A stretch of 64,000 nucleotides of DNA, taken from a virus. A program made the position numbers and the translations under genes. The notes under the pieces are model-generated. The model saw nothing but the letters and a program-made list of their open reading frames with translations, did no database searches and was not told the origin of the DNA. Every line of letters starts with the position of its first letter. Position 1 is the stretch's first letter. Where the stretch lies: the IMG/VR virus record IMGVR_UViG_3300046492_000199; one strand, 5' to 3'. Below are positions 36,547 through 45,190 of the stretch, piece by piece.

Positions 36547-36733
36547 ATGTAAGACAATGCAATCATTATCTTACATCTATTCAATCTATTATATATTCAT
36601 ATATGATACATAGTGCATACACTATATGCACATATGAATATATAATAGATTGTGCATGTATGCACTGCCATGCATGGCCATGCTACTAGGTAGGCTGCTA
36701 CGCCATGGCCCATATAGAGGCATGGCGTAGCAG
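36547..36733. repeat. Cluster of inverted repeats
   Basis: 8-bp (36547/36569), 21-bp (36582/36632) and 13-bp (36695/36721) perfect arms. Confidence 0.9.
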
Positions 36734-36742
36734 GAAGGCGTT

Positions 36743-36988
36743 CTAGTAAGTCGTTATTCCATCCTTTGGAGATGCGTCTATGTGGGCTTGTAGGGCGGCA
36801 ATAGCGCCTTGATAATCCCTTGCCTTGAATTTCTTGCCAGTGATTTCACTAGCCTTTGCCATCATGGCCTTTGGCGTCCACATACGATTCGGCTTCATTC
36901 CGGTCTTAGCGTAAAGGCTCAAACCGTGTTTCAGCGAAACCGCAACAAAAAGATTCACGCCCGTTCCAGTAGCAACGATTCCAGTCAT
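36743..36988 (-). CDS. Early hypothetical protein
   Basis: AAGGAG RBS, MTGIVATG. Confidence 0.6.
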   Translation of the reverse strand: MTGIVATGTGVNLFVAVSLKHGLSLYAKTGMKPNRMWTPKAMMAKASEITGKKFKARDYQGAIAALQAHIDASPKDGITTY

Positions 36989-37063
36989 GTCATTTTCTCC
37001 TTTGGTTTGACATGTAAGCATTTCGAAATAAAGCGCCATTCGCGGCGCTCCTAATCGAAAGGC

Positions 37064-37345
37064 TTAATCTATATCGGCAAACAGATTTTCCAAAGGCGGC
37101 AAGCCATTCTGTTTGCGGAAAACGTTGCGCATTTGAAGGCCGGTATCCAAGCAATGGGCGCAACGGTCTTTTGCATCAACCTTTGCGAATTCAAGACGCC
37201 CGACAATCTCAGAAGCCATGAAACGGTATGTGTCGCGACCATTGTTTTTGATCTTACCATTTGAACCGATTTGGCTTGCACAAACAGCGCGTGGGCGAGT
37301 CGTTTCGTCAACAAGCTTGTTTGCGCGGAGGTGAATTTTAGCCAT
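37064..37345 (-). CDS. Early hypothetical protein
   Basis: GAGGAATACGGAAATG leader. Confidence 0.6.
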   Translation of the reverse strand: MAKIHLRANKLVDETTRPRAVCASQIGSNGKIKNNGRDTYRFMASEIVGRLEFAKVDAKDRCAHCLDTGLQMRNVFRKQNGLPPLENLFADID

Positions 37346-37629
37346 TTCCGTATTCCTCTTGTTTCGATATCTACACAATAACATTTCCTTACATCTTGGC
37401 AAGCGGAATTTTTAAAAATCTCAAAAATAATCGAGCGTCCTGCAAAGCCTTTTAGAGCTTCACAGAACGCGATTCAGTGATTTGGCTAGGGCAATACCAT
37501 CTAAGCCCTAAAAGCCGTTCCTTGGGCTTGCCTATGGCCTAGTGATGCAGTCCGATTAGGACATAGAGCAGTAGGCAAGAGCCGCAAAATCCATAGAATT
37601 GAAACAATCGATAGTGCTCCTTTCTGCGA

Positions 37630-38226
37630 TCAAATCGCCTGAATAACTTTATAGCCAATGGCCTTAAGGTAGTTCAAACCAGATTCGCGGAAACATGAGC
37701 TATAGCCCGTTTCGCAATCGTCCGACATTTCCCATTCCCGTTGCAGCTTGAAAGCCGTTTCTTTGACTTCATTCCACCTTGCGTTTTTCGTGTCAGCGTC
37801 GGAGTCGGCAATGCCTAGCGCGGCATAGGCCTTTTCATACCAATCATTAGCGTAAACCATTCTACCGGTCGCCTTGCTGATACTGGTATAGTTGGCAAGA
37901 CTGTAACCCTTTTTGGGCGTGTAGTCACGCGGGAAGGTCTTACGACCTTTTGGCGGTTTTGGCGCTCCTACACTCTCAGCGTGATTCGTCATTTCATGAC
38001 CGTCAATCGTCATTCCAGAAAGAGCCGCAGTGAATTTGTCGTAGCCATAGCCACCCGCCGTGGCATGCTGAAACTCGCCATGGAAATCATGCACGTTAAC
38101 AAGGCATGTTCCGCCGTCGCTGAAATGCGCCTTAACCGTGGCGACATGCTCGCCTTTCTTGTTCAAGACGACATAGGCGGAAATGCTCTTTCCAGCCTTG
38201 GTATCGTGTACATATTTGGTCGCCAT
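37630..38226 (-). CDS. Early hypothetical protein
   Basis: AGGYGYDK motif, AAGGAG RBS. Confidence 0.65.
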   Translation of the reverse strand: MATKYVHDTKAGKSISAYVVLNKKGEHVATVKAHFSDGGTCLVNVHDFHGEFQHATAGGYGYDKFTAALSGMTIDGHEMTNHAESVGAPKPPKGRKTFPRDYTPKKGYSLANYTSISKATGRMVYANDWYEKAYAALGIADSDADTKNARWNEVKETAFKLQREWEMSDDCETGYSSCFRESGLNYLKAIGYKVIQAI

Positions 38227-38289
38227 GCTCAAAACTCCTTTGTTAAGCATTTATTAAACGCCTTGCTGGCAAGGCGTTGATATAAAGGC

Positions 38290-38511
38290 TTAGCAAGCCG
38301 TCATATAATCAAAGCTGCAATCCATGTTGAAAACATGCTGAATCAGCCTATCAGGATTGCGCTTTGTGGCGCTAAGGAACGTGACAATGATTTTCATCTC
38401 GTCTTTGTAGATTACTGACGAATATTCGCGAGTGTCTACTTCCAAGCGATTTTCTTGTACAAAACGCTTGAGGGCGTGGCGAGCGGCGGCGCGTGTTTCG
38501 GTGCGAGTCAT
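38290..38511 (-). CDS. Early hypothetical protein
   Basis: Follows palindromic promoter. Confidence 0.55.
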   Translation of the reverse strand: MTRTETRAAARHALKRFVQENRLEVDTREYSSVIYKDEMKIIVTFLSATKRNPDRLIQHVFNMDCSFDYMTAC

Positions 38512-38527
38512 TTCCGTATTCCCTTTG

Positions 38528-38570
38528 TTGACCATGTAAGGAATTTAGAACCTTTTCCTTACATGGTCAA
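38528..38570 (-). promoter_or_regulatory. Palindromic early promoter
   Basis: 16-bp arms TTGACCATGTAAGGAA, 11-nt loop; TTGACC-N17-TAAATT. Confidence 0.8.
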
Positions 38571-38585
38571 GCGGTTTTTTAAAGA

Positions 38586-39341
38586 TTACAACGCCTTTGG
38601 GCGATTAACGACCGTAGTCTTGACGCCTTTATAATCGTTATGCTGCTTAACCGTCGCCTTGAAAGCGATTGTTTCGCCAACTTTGCCCATTTCGTTATTG
38701 AAGAAAGAAACGATATCGTTTCCGATTCTAACCTTAGTGATAGTGTAACCAGCTTGATAGTCCGTTTCTTCCTTCTTGATGAAAGCGAAAATTTCGCCTT
38801 TGAATTCGCGGCGCTCGCCAATCGTGCCGATGAAAGAAGAAAGGGAGTCAACCGCGAAGCGTTCGGCGCGGATTGCCTCACGCTTGGCAATCAAACCCTT
38901 TTCCAGTGCAACGCCTTGACAAGCCGCAATCAAAGCATTCGAAACCATGTTTGATTCGCTAAGGGCTTGATCGGCAAAATACAGGACATAGGAGTCGGGC
39001 GCGTCAACAATCTTAACGCCTTTGTGCTTACCAAAAGGAAACACACCATTTTCAATTTCTTCAATGTTGCGAGTGTCATAGATGGAAAGCTTGCCGCGTC
39101 TCTTGTCAGCTTCAAACTCAGGCATATCATTGAAAAGGATTTCAAGCGTTGCATCGTGGGAAACGCGGCTTTTAAGGCGTTCAACATAATCCGTTGCCTT
39201 CTCTACTGCCTTTTCTTCCGTAGCAGCAAGATTGCAGATGTAGTTATCAATGAAAAACTTGCCTACTACATTAACGCGAAGAGTGTACATTGCGTTTTTA
39301 GCGCCGGTCGAAATGTAGTAAATGCGAGTCTGCTTTTCCAT
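38586..39341 (-). CDS. DUF3820-like plus OB-fold nucleic-acid-binding protein
   Basis: FPFGKHKG...APDSYV; GTIGER...KATVKQH.DYKG.KTT.VNRPK. Confidence 0.6.
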   Translation of the reverse strand: MEKQTRIYYISTGAKNAMYTLRVNVVGKFFIDNYICNLAATEEKAVEKATDYVERLKSRVSHDATLEILFNDMPEFEADKRRGKLSIYDTRNIEEIENGVFPFGKHKGVKIVDAPDSYVLYFADQALSESNMVSNALIAACQGVALEKGLIAKREAIRAERFAVDSLSSFIGTIGERREFKGEIFAFIKKEETDYQAGYTITKVRIGNDIVSFFNNEMGKVGETIAFKATVKQHNDYKGVKTTVVNRPKAL

Positions 39342-39363
39342 TTCCGTATTCCCTTTAATGCAG

Positions 39364-39406
39364 TTGACCATGTAAGGAAGATACGACTCTTTCCTTACAT
39401 GGTCAA
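39364..39406 (-). promoter_or_regulatory. Palindromic early promoter
   Basis: 16-bp arms; TTGACC-N17-TATCTT. Confidence 0.8.
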
Positions 39407-39613
39407 TAGGCAAATCCGAGAATTTTTAATAAAAACGCTTTTCGACTCCATCCCTCTTATCAGCCGCGACAAAGGCGAAAACGTTGCGTCTTGCCTGCTT
39501 ATCACGGCGCGCGTTCTGGATTGCCTTCTTGTTCATTTTGTTCTGCGACATGCTCTTAATCTCCTTTGTTGTAGAGCTATACCGTTCCACCATTGGAGCG
39601 GTATTGTTGCGGT

Positions 39614-39934
39614 TTAATCGTTTTGTTGTTCCAGATATTCCCGCCGCGTTGCCACGGAAACATGAATTGCGGAATGTTTGTTATCCCTTGTGCCATAGGG
39701 CAAAACATCGGGATAATAAGAAGGTTTGGCCTTCTTTGCTTCGCGCCACATATGAGCGGCAAGCGCAGCAACGCCTTTCTTGTTTGCGCCAATGAAGCCT
39801 GCATCGCGAATGTCGCGCGCTTCCCATTCAATCGCGTTTTTCAATTCGCGCCTTGTGTCACATTTGATCACATAGGCGCTATCTGGCATGTAACAGCCAC
39901 GCAAGCCTTGCATGATATTGAAGTATTTCGCCAT
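39614..39934 (-). CDS. Early hypothetical protein
   Basis: AGGAGCTAGGGCAATG start cassette. Confidence 0.6.
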   Translation of the reverse strand: MAKYFNIMQGLRGCYMPDSAYVIKCDTRRELKNAIEWEARDIRDAGFIGANKKGVAALAAHMWREAKKAKPSYYPDVLPYGTRDNKHSAIHVSVATRREYLEQQND

Positions 39935-39946
39935 TGCCCTAGCTCC

Positions 39947-40168
39947 TTAAGCCTTTTGGAACAATTTAATTTCCGCTGCATAGTAGAAAATGTCGTCGTT
40001 TTCGTAGTTCTCAGAAACGACTGCATATTGAGTGATTCCATCCTTAACGAATTCGTTGTCAAGAATGCCCACAAAACCTTCATTCATAGGCCAACCGTTT
40101 TCAACGCCTTTTACGATCATGACGAAATCGCCAATTTCGATTTTGTCGTTTTTAATCTTGCGGGCCAT
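39947..40168 (-). CDS. Early hypothetical protein
   Basis: Follows palindromic promoter. Confidence 0.55.
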   Translation of the reverse strand: MARKIKNDKIEIGDFVMIVKGVENGWPMNEGFVGILDNEFVKDGITQYAVVSENYENDDIFYYAAEIKLFQKA

Positions 40169-40183
40169 TTCCGTGTTTCCTTG

Positions 40184-40226
40184 TTGACTATGTAAGGATA
40201 TTAAAATCATTTCCTTACATAGTCAA
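40184..40226 (-). promoter_or_regulatory. Palindromic early promoter
   Basis: 15-bp arms TTGACTATGTAAGGA with a compensatory change in both arms. Confidence 0.8.
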
Positions 40227-40230
40227 TAGC

Positions 40231-40464
40231 TTATTTCCAATTTTTTGCAGTTTCGCCATATGCCTTTTCGCCATAGGCAACGGCTTCATAACGACGCTTG
40301 AAAAGCTTTGCGCTGCATTCACCTTCTGCATAGCAGTAGGAATCAGAGTTTGGAGTCATCCAAGCCAAACGCCAAAGGTCTGTCATAGTGTCGCGCTTTA
40401 CGTAAAGCTCCGCCGACATATCAGGCTGCAAACCGCGATTCTCAGTCATTTTGTAAGGACGCAT
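40231..40464 (-). CDS. Early hypothetical protein
   Basis: Follows palindromic promoter. Confidence 0.55.
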   Translation of the reverse strand: MRPYKMTENRGLQPDMSAELYVKRDTMTDLWRLAWMTPNSDSYCYAEGECSAKLFKRRYEAVAYGEKAYGETAKNWK

Positions 40465-40480
40465 TTCCGTATTCCCTTTG

Positions 40481-40523
40481 TTGACCATGTAATAAACCTA
40501 AATGATTTTCCTTACATGGTCAA
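40481..40523 (-). promoter_or_regulatory. Palindromic early promoter
   Basis: 12-bp arms TTGACCATGTAA, same 43-bp span. Confidence 0.75.
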
Positions 40524-40526
40524 GTG

Positions 40527-40766
40527 CTATTCCAAATAAAAGTTGAAGCTTTGCCAGCAAACCCCGCTCGCCTGTTTTGTGTGCCGCGTTTCGGCATAGA
40601 AATCAGCGCAACCATTAGGAATGTAACCATCACTTTTGGCAATGGTCAAATCGTTCCATTTTGCCCATTTGTGGCAATGATATGCAGGATCAATCGACTC
40701 GTTTGGCGCAAGGCGGCGCAATAGCAATTCCTCGCCTGTACTGTTTTCAACGATAGAGATAAACAT
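40527..40766 (-). CDS. Early hypothetical protein
   Basis: AGGAGCTA cassette. Confidence 0.55.
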   Translation of the reverse strand: MFISIVENSTGEELLLRRLAPNESIDPAYHCHKWAKWNDLTIAKSDGYIPNGCADFYAETRHTKQASGVCWQSFNFYLE

Positions 40767-40777
40767 TGCCCTAGCTC

Positions 40778-41167
40778 CTAACCAATGAAATAAGGCTTAG
40801 GTTCTTTTGTCGTTAGCCAATAATGGCCACGATTTGAGACCTTACCATTGTCTGCATATTCTGACGGTTCAATCCCGTTGTTACCATAATAATCAGCGCG
40901 ATTACTATGAGTCGAGTAGAATTTGCCTTCATAGAAACCGCCAAACATGAGCGAGTCGCGATAAAGAGCGTCAATCAACGCCTTTTCGTAACCATCAAAA
41001 TAAGCAATAACCCAATGCGGGCATTTCGCCAATGTTGACCGGCGAATCTTCGCCTTGTCTTCATTCATCTGAGATGAAAGAGGGCCATAAAACTTTGCGG
41101 TTTCATACAATGAACGCAAGGATTGAATAGCAGTATTGCGACGATTCAACGCGGTTTCGATTCTCAT
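40778..41167 (-). CDS. Early hypothetical protein
   Basis: AGGAGCTA cassette. Confidence 0.6.
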   Translation of the reverse strand: MRIETALNRRNTAIQSLRSLYETAKFYGPLSSQMNEDKAKIRRSTLAKCPHWVIAYFDGYEKALIDALYRDSLMFGGFYEGKFYSTHSNRADYYGNNGIEPSEYADNGKVSNRGHYWLTTKEPKPYFIG

Positions 41168-41171
41168 TGCC

Positions 41172-41393
41172 TTAGCTCCTTTGCGCCACGGCGCGGGATT
41201 GATTCATCATAGTGAAGAGGATGGAACGCGACAAGGTGAAACGTTCCTGATTCTTAGCCTTGTTAAGAAGGCCTAGCGCCTTGCGTAGCGCGGTTTCGCG
41301 AGTCATGTGGCATGCACTACCGTCGCGCGCCGCAAGCCATTTGAGACGGCTTATAATGTCGCGAATCTCGGCATGAATTTGATTGTCTGTCAT
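41172..41393 (-). CDS. Early hypothetical protein
   Basis: AGGAG RBS. Confidence 0.5.
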   Translation of the reverse strand: MTDNQIHAEIRDIISRLKWLAARDGSACHMTRETALRKALGLLNKAKNQERFTLSRSILFTMMNQSRAVAQRS

Positions 41394-41451
41394 GGCACTA
41401 TCTCCTAAGCGTTTAAGAATGGCGCTCCATTAGAGCGCCAAATTTAAAGGC

Positions 41452-41661
41452 TTACCAACTATCGGCATATAGCGGCATAGGACCGCGCGCCGTTTGCCTG
41501 TAACCAATTACGCCCGCAAACTTTTCAGCCGCTTCATAGCTTTGCGATTCAAAGCATGGTTCAACTTCTTTGCCGCGATATAGAAGGGTCGTATTCCCTT
41601 CAAAGTAAACCGCATATTCGCAAACCCTGCCAATGCGCCCTGCAAACTTTCCTCTTTCCAT
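41452..41661 (-). CDS. Early hypothetical protein
   Basis: Follows palindromic promoter. Confidence 0.55.
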   Translation of the reverse strand: MERGKFAGRIGRVCEYAVYFEGNTTLLYRGKEVEPCFESQSYEAAEKFAGVIGYRQTARGPMPLYADSW

Positions 41662-41676
41662 TTCCGTATTCCCTTG

Positions 41677-41719
41677 TTGACCATGTAAGGAACTTAAACG
41701 CTTTTCCTTACAACGTCAA
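41677..41719 (-). promoter_or_regulatory. Palindromic early promoter (imperfect)
   Basis: 43-bp span, two mismatches between arms. Confidence 0.75.
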
Positions 41720-41727
41720 TAGGCTTT

Positions 41728-42012
41728 TTAAAATTTATGTATCGCCAAGCGATGATCATATGTCGCCTTGATATCGGCTTGTATCGCTGCGATTGTTTCA
41801 GCGCTCAAACCGTCTTGCACCATGAACGGGCCAACTATCGTTTCGCCGCTAAGGTTCTGAATCGTAACAATGACTCCGCTTGCCATGTATTTATCTTTGT
41901 TAACTTTTTTCATGGCATGATAAGCCATGAAAAGAGTCATAACGTCCATTGCTTTATATTGCAGCAAGTCTTTGGCGAGTTGCGCAACGCGGGAAAGTTT
42001 CTTAGTCGTCAT
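41728..42012 (-). CDS. Early hypothetical protein
   Basis: AGGAGC RBS. Confidence 0.55.
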   Translation of the reverse strand: MTTKKLSRVAQLAKDLLQYKAMDVMTLFMAYHAMKKVNKDKYMASGVIVTIQNLSGETIVGPFMVQDGLSAETIAAIQADIKATYDHRLAIHKF

Positions 42013-42016
42013 AGCT

Positions 42017-42205
42017 TTAAGCTCCTTTGCGCCGCTTGGCGACTTTCACCAAATCTTGAGTAGTTCGATAGACTTCTAGCTCGCTACCAGAAACGCGTTG
42101 CAATACCTTCATTGCAGCGATTGCATCACTCCTATCACGATAGCGATACGAAACGCGTTCCTTTGTCTCAGCGGCGCGCACTGCATAGACTGTTGTTTTG
42201 GCCAT
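42017..42205 (-). CDS. Early hypothetical protein
   Basis: Coupled to upstream ORF. Confidence 0.5.
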   Translation of the reverse strand: MAKTTVYAVRAAETKERVSYRYRDRSDAIAAMKVLQRVSGSELEVYRTTQDLVKVAKRRKGA

Positions 42206-42447
42206 TAGCTCAAATCCTCTTTTGCGTAACGGACTCTGCCATCATAATCGACAAATAAGCCGGTTTCATGCTGATAACCGTCTCTAACCCATTTGTGCGC
42301 CGTGGTACGATGAATGGCCTTGTAGAGCCAATAACCGTTACCATATTCATCCTCGCTAGCGGGAATTTCCCTGTTAGCCGCGTTGAAAGCCTTTTCAGAC
42401 TTGAATTCAACTAGCATTTCGCGACGGCGATCAAAGGCGTAAATCAT
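42205..42447 (-). CDS. Early hypothetical protein
   Basis: AGGAGCTA cassette. Confidence 0.55.
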   Translation of the reverse strand: MIYAFDRRREMLVEFKSEKAFNAANREIPASEDEYGNGYWLYKAIHRTTAHKWVRDGYQHETGLFVDYDGRVRYAKEDLS

Positions 42448-42507
42448 TGGCTTAGCTCCTAAAGCGTTAAAGAATCCTGCCCTTGATCGGGCAGGAAATT
42501 TTAAGGC

Positions 42508-42669
42508 TTATTGATTGGCGGCGCAAAGCTTGCGAGCGATATTGATTTCAAACCTTTCGCTAACGCTTGTCATGCATTCCGCCATAGGATGTTTATGAAG
42601 ATATGCAACAAGCTTGCGCGCATTGGCAAGGCTGGAATCTGTCATAAACTTATCAAGTAGCTTTTGCAT
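42508..42669 (-). CDS. Early hypothetical protein
   Basis: Follows palindromic promoter. Confidence 0.5.
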   Translation of the reverse strand: MQKLLDKFMTDSSLANARKLVAYLHKHPMAECMTSVSERFEINIARKLCAANQ

Positions 42670-42685
42670 TTGCTTAATCCCTTTG

Positions 42686-42728
42686 TTGACCATGTAAGGA
42701 AGTTAAACGATTTTCCTTACATGGTCAA
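42686..42728 (-). promoter_or_regulatory. Palindromic early promoter
   Basis: 16-bp arms, 43-bp span. Confidence 0.8.
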
Positions 42729-42735
42729 GAGGTTT

Positions 42736-43278
42736 TTAAAACTTTATTTCGACATGCACGAAAGGCGCGTCACCATATGTTACATGGTCGCCAAACCAAA
42801 CTTGCGCTTCTTTGTAGCGGCAAAGATTTGCGAGCTTGTCGCCAAGCGAAACAAGTTTGTTGCGTTCTGCTAGAGCTTCATCCCATGCCGGAGTCGCATG
42901 TCCCGCCGCAACCATGATATTTGTAAGGCGTTCATATTCTTCCTTCTCAGCGCCTTGCAAATCTAGTTCCGTTCTATCCCAAAAGCCCACGCCGTGACCT
43001 TGTGAAGTGTACCACAAGTCATTTCCGAGTCGTTCGGAGTCGTATCCTTCACGGTCGCAAGCCTCATCAATAAGCGTTCCCGCCGCTTTTTCGAACGCTT
43101 CGCAGAATTCAATGATTTGCAGGAGTGAATCAGGATGCAGGTCAGCAAAGCCGCAATCGCTAGGGATTTCCTCGCTATCGCCATCCGTGAAAAACATAGC
43201 TTCGATAAAGCCTTGCACAATGTAAGGCAAATCTTTGAAAGCCTTTTCATGCTTGCCGGTCATTTCGAATTTTGGCAT
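42736..43278 (-). CDS. Acidic early protein, GHGVGFWDR family
   Basis: GNDLWYTSQGHGVGFWDR motif, which I recognise from phage early regions. Confidence 0.65.
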   Translation of the reverse strand: MPKFEMTGKHEKAFKDLPYIVQGFIEAMFFTDGDSEEIPSDCGFADLHPDSLLQIIEFCEAFEKAAGTLIDEACDREGYDSERLGNDLWYTSQGHGVGFWDRTELDLQGAEKEEYERLTNIMVAAGHATPAWDEALAERNKLVSLGDKLANLCRYKEAQVWFGDHVTYGDAPFVHVEIKF

Positions 43279-43290
43279 TGTCTTAGCTCC

Positions 43291-43464
43291 TCAAATCCCT
43301 AATGTTGCTTTGATTGCCTCTAACCTATAGCAAACGCAAAACAGGCTGGCAAGCGAAAAAATCAAAGTTATAAAAATTAAACAATAAGCCGTCATTATCT
43401 CAGAGTTGCGCTTCGCAATGAATTCATAGGCGTCAAGATTGATTTCTTTGATTTCTCTTTTCAT
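43291..43464 (-). CDS. Small membrane protein
   Basis: One hydrophobic helix; AGGAGCTA cassette. Confidence 0.5.
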   Translation of the reverse strand: MKREIKEINLDAYEFIAKRNSEIMTAYCLIFITLIFSLASLFCVCYRLEAIKATLGI

Positions 43465-43529
43465 GGTCTTAGCTCCTAGCGGCTTGATTGCCGATAGGAG
43501 CAAGATAGCAGGAAGGTATGAAGGAAAGG

Positions 43530-43871
43530 TTAAGCCAACGTGAAAATGACATAGCCTTTATTTTTGAGCAATTCTAGCTCATCCTCAAACATATAGTTAT
43601 CAAAAAACCAAAAATCACCTTGAACTGTCTGCGTTCCATCATCTTCGGTATCTATGCACTCAGCGATGCAAGGCGCGCTTGTAAGCCCTACAAACGGATT
43701 CCCGTCGCTGGCATCAAACGCTGTATAACTGCCATTTGAAGAGAAGGATTCAAGCAAATCAGCCCAAATAATCCAACGAGAACGTTGCGACCATTCTTTA
43801 ATGGCTTGTCTGTCTTCATTATTGGCAGTCACTTTAAGATTGCCATTTGCGAGTTTGACGACATTAACCAT
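43530..43871 (-). CDS. Early hypothetical protein
   Basis: AGGAG RBS. Confidence 0.55.
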   Translation of the reverse strand: MVNVVKLANGNLKVTANNEDRQAIKEWSQRSRWIIWADLLESFSSNGSYTAFDASDGNPFVGLTSAPCIAECIDTEDDGTQTVQGDFWFFDNYMFEDELELLKNKGYVIFTLA

Positions 43872-43876
43872 GGTCT

Positions 43877-44116
43877 CTACTCCTTTGTGCCGCAAGCTTT
43901 AAGGAATCGGGCGCGATCGAAACGCGGATTTGTTTTCGCCAATTCATCCGCGAAATGATACGCAATTTCTTTGCGCCATTCGTCACCATCGCCTAAGTTG
44001 TCAAAGACTGTCATATCTTTGATGATAGCCGCTATCGTGGCGAAATGCCTATGCTGCATCTCAGAACCTGCGTTGCGCGCGTCTTTCGCCGTTGCGGCTT
44101 TGGTGGAAAGTGTCAT
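43877..44116 (-). CDS. Early hypothetical protein
   Basis: TNPRFDRARFLKACG motif. Confidence 0.6.
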   Translation of the reverse strand: MTLSTKAATAKDARNAGSEMQHRHFATIAAIIKDMTVFDNLGDGDEWRKEIAYHFADELAKTNPRFDRARFLKACGTKE

Positions 44117-44175
44117 GTCAGTTGCTCCTTAAAGCGTTTCATCTTTCCTTACATTGAACCTAAAAAAGATTCAAG

Positions 44176-44415
44176 TCAAGAGTTTTTATAAATTTTTTCT
44201 ATCTCTTTGCAAGGGTCGTAAGTGTAACCATCGATAGGATTCCATGCATATGTCACAAACCGGCATGAATGTTCGCCCTCATATGCGCCCATTTCGCACA
44301 GGCCGAAACACTGCGAGTCGCGGCGGACTGCTCTTAGAGTCCATTCAATTGTTTCATTGGCAAACGTATATGCCAAGCCGTTTGTATCAATGCCGAAGAG
44401 TCGGAAATAGATCAT
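44176..44415 (-). CDS. Early hypothetical protein
   Basis: ATGA overlap with upstream ORF. Confidence 0.45.
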   Translation of the reverse strand: MIYFRLFGIDTNGLAYTFANETIEWTLRAVRRDSQCFGLCEMGAYEGEHSCRFVTYAWNPIDGYTYDPCKEIEKIYKNS

Positions 44416-44618
44416 TTGACAAAACCCCGATTGCGGATTTTCTTTGCGGTCATATCTTTGAGATAGTACCACAATGGATTCTTGCTCTGCGTCAATTCGA
44501 CGCCTTCAAAGAGCGAATCCGCCGTTTCTTTGTCACAATACCAGCCATAACCATCTTGCCCGTAAACCTCGTGTAGAGTTGGGATATGGATATAGGTCTT
44601 TTCATTGTAACCGGGCAT
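44412..44618 (-). CDS. Early hypothetical protein
   Basis: AAGGAG RBS. Confidence 0.55.
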   Translation of the reverse strand: MPGYNEKTYIHIPTLHEVYGQDGYGWYCDKETADSLFEGVELTQSKNPLWYYLKDMTAKKIRNRGFVK

Positions 44619-44622
44619 AGCC

Positions 44623-44841
44623 TTAACTCCTTAAAGCGTTGTCAATGAAGGCTTTGGCTTGATCGATTGCATCAAGCAAATCGGTTTGCTCACAAATGAA
44701 AAGAGGCGAATTGCTTGCGCCAAGATAAACCGCAAGCCATGGCAAACCGTTGCCAGTTGAAAGGCTGATTTCATAGCCTTTATATTCAAACTTAACGCAA
44801 GCTTCAATCGGCTTGGCAGTTGGGATTTGAAACACTCGCAT
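44623..44841 (-). CDS. Early hypothetical protein
   Basis: AAGGAG RBS. Confidence 0.55.
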   Translation of the reverse strand: MRVFQIPTAKPIEACVKFEYKGYEISLSTGNGLPWLAVYLGASNSPLFICEQTDLLDAIDQAKAFIDNALRS

Positions 44842-44861
44842 TAACGTTGCTCCTTAAAGCG

Positions 44862-44904
44862 TTGAACGTGAGACAAACTTAATCTTACATTTGTCTCACG
44901 TCAA
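44862..44904 (-). promoter_or_regulatory. Palindromic early promoter with different arm sequence
   Basis: TTGACG-N17-TAAGTT; 12-bp arms ACGTGAGACAAA. Confidence 0.75.
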
Positions 44905-44921
44905 GCGGCTTTTTGAATTTT

Positions 44922-45074
44922 TTATTTGTTTTCTTCCTGCTCTTTCTTTTCCGCCTTGAAAGCCGCAACCGCTTCTTTCTTGGTATAGTCGAGATAGGAG
45001 CGGCGCATTAGATAGCCGTCAACTATCTCTGAAATGTTCCATGCTCCTGAAACTGGATTGCGTTCAACAATCAT
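44922..45074 (-). CDS. 50-aa hypothetical protein (not in ORF track)
   Basis: MIVERNPVSGAWNISEIVDGYLMRRSYLDYTKKEAV...; ATGA coupling. Confidence 0.5.
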   Translation of the reverse strand: MIVERNPVSGAWNISEIVDGYLMRRSYLDYTKKEAVAAFKAEKKEQEENK

Positions 45075-45190
45075 CGCGTTGCGCCTTTGTAATAGAACCA
45101 TCTGCCATTGCGTTGCTGGATTCGGAACAAGTCGGAATTCTTCAAACCGCCTAGCCTAACCCATTCTTCCTTGTCGATTTTGATTCTCAT
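45071..45190 (-). CDS. 39-aa hypothetical protein (not in ORF track)
   Basis: MRIKIDKEEWVRLGGLKNSDLFRIQQRNGRWFYYKG; coupled on both sides. Confidence 0.5.
   Translation of the reverse strand: MRIKIDKEEWVRLGGLKNSDLFRIQQRNGRWFYYKGATR

Noticed and set aside
38967-40195. 216-aa and 200-aa plus-strand ORFs
   Set aside because: Antisense to well-supported genes and cross promoter palindromes
38528-42728. CRISPR-like reading of the repeated 43-bp palindromes
   Set aside because: Spacing is irregular (about 300-1200 bp), the intervals are genes, each repeat is a promoter, and no cas genes are present
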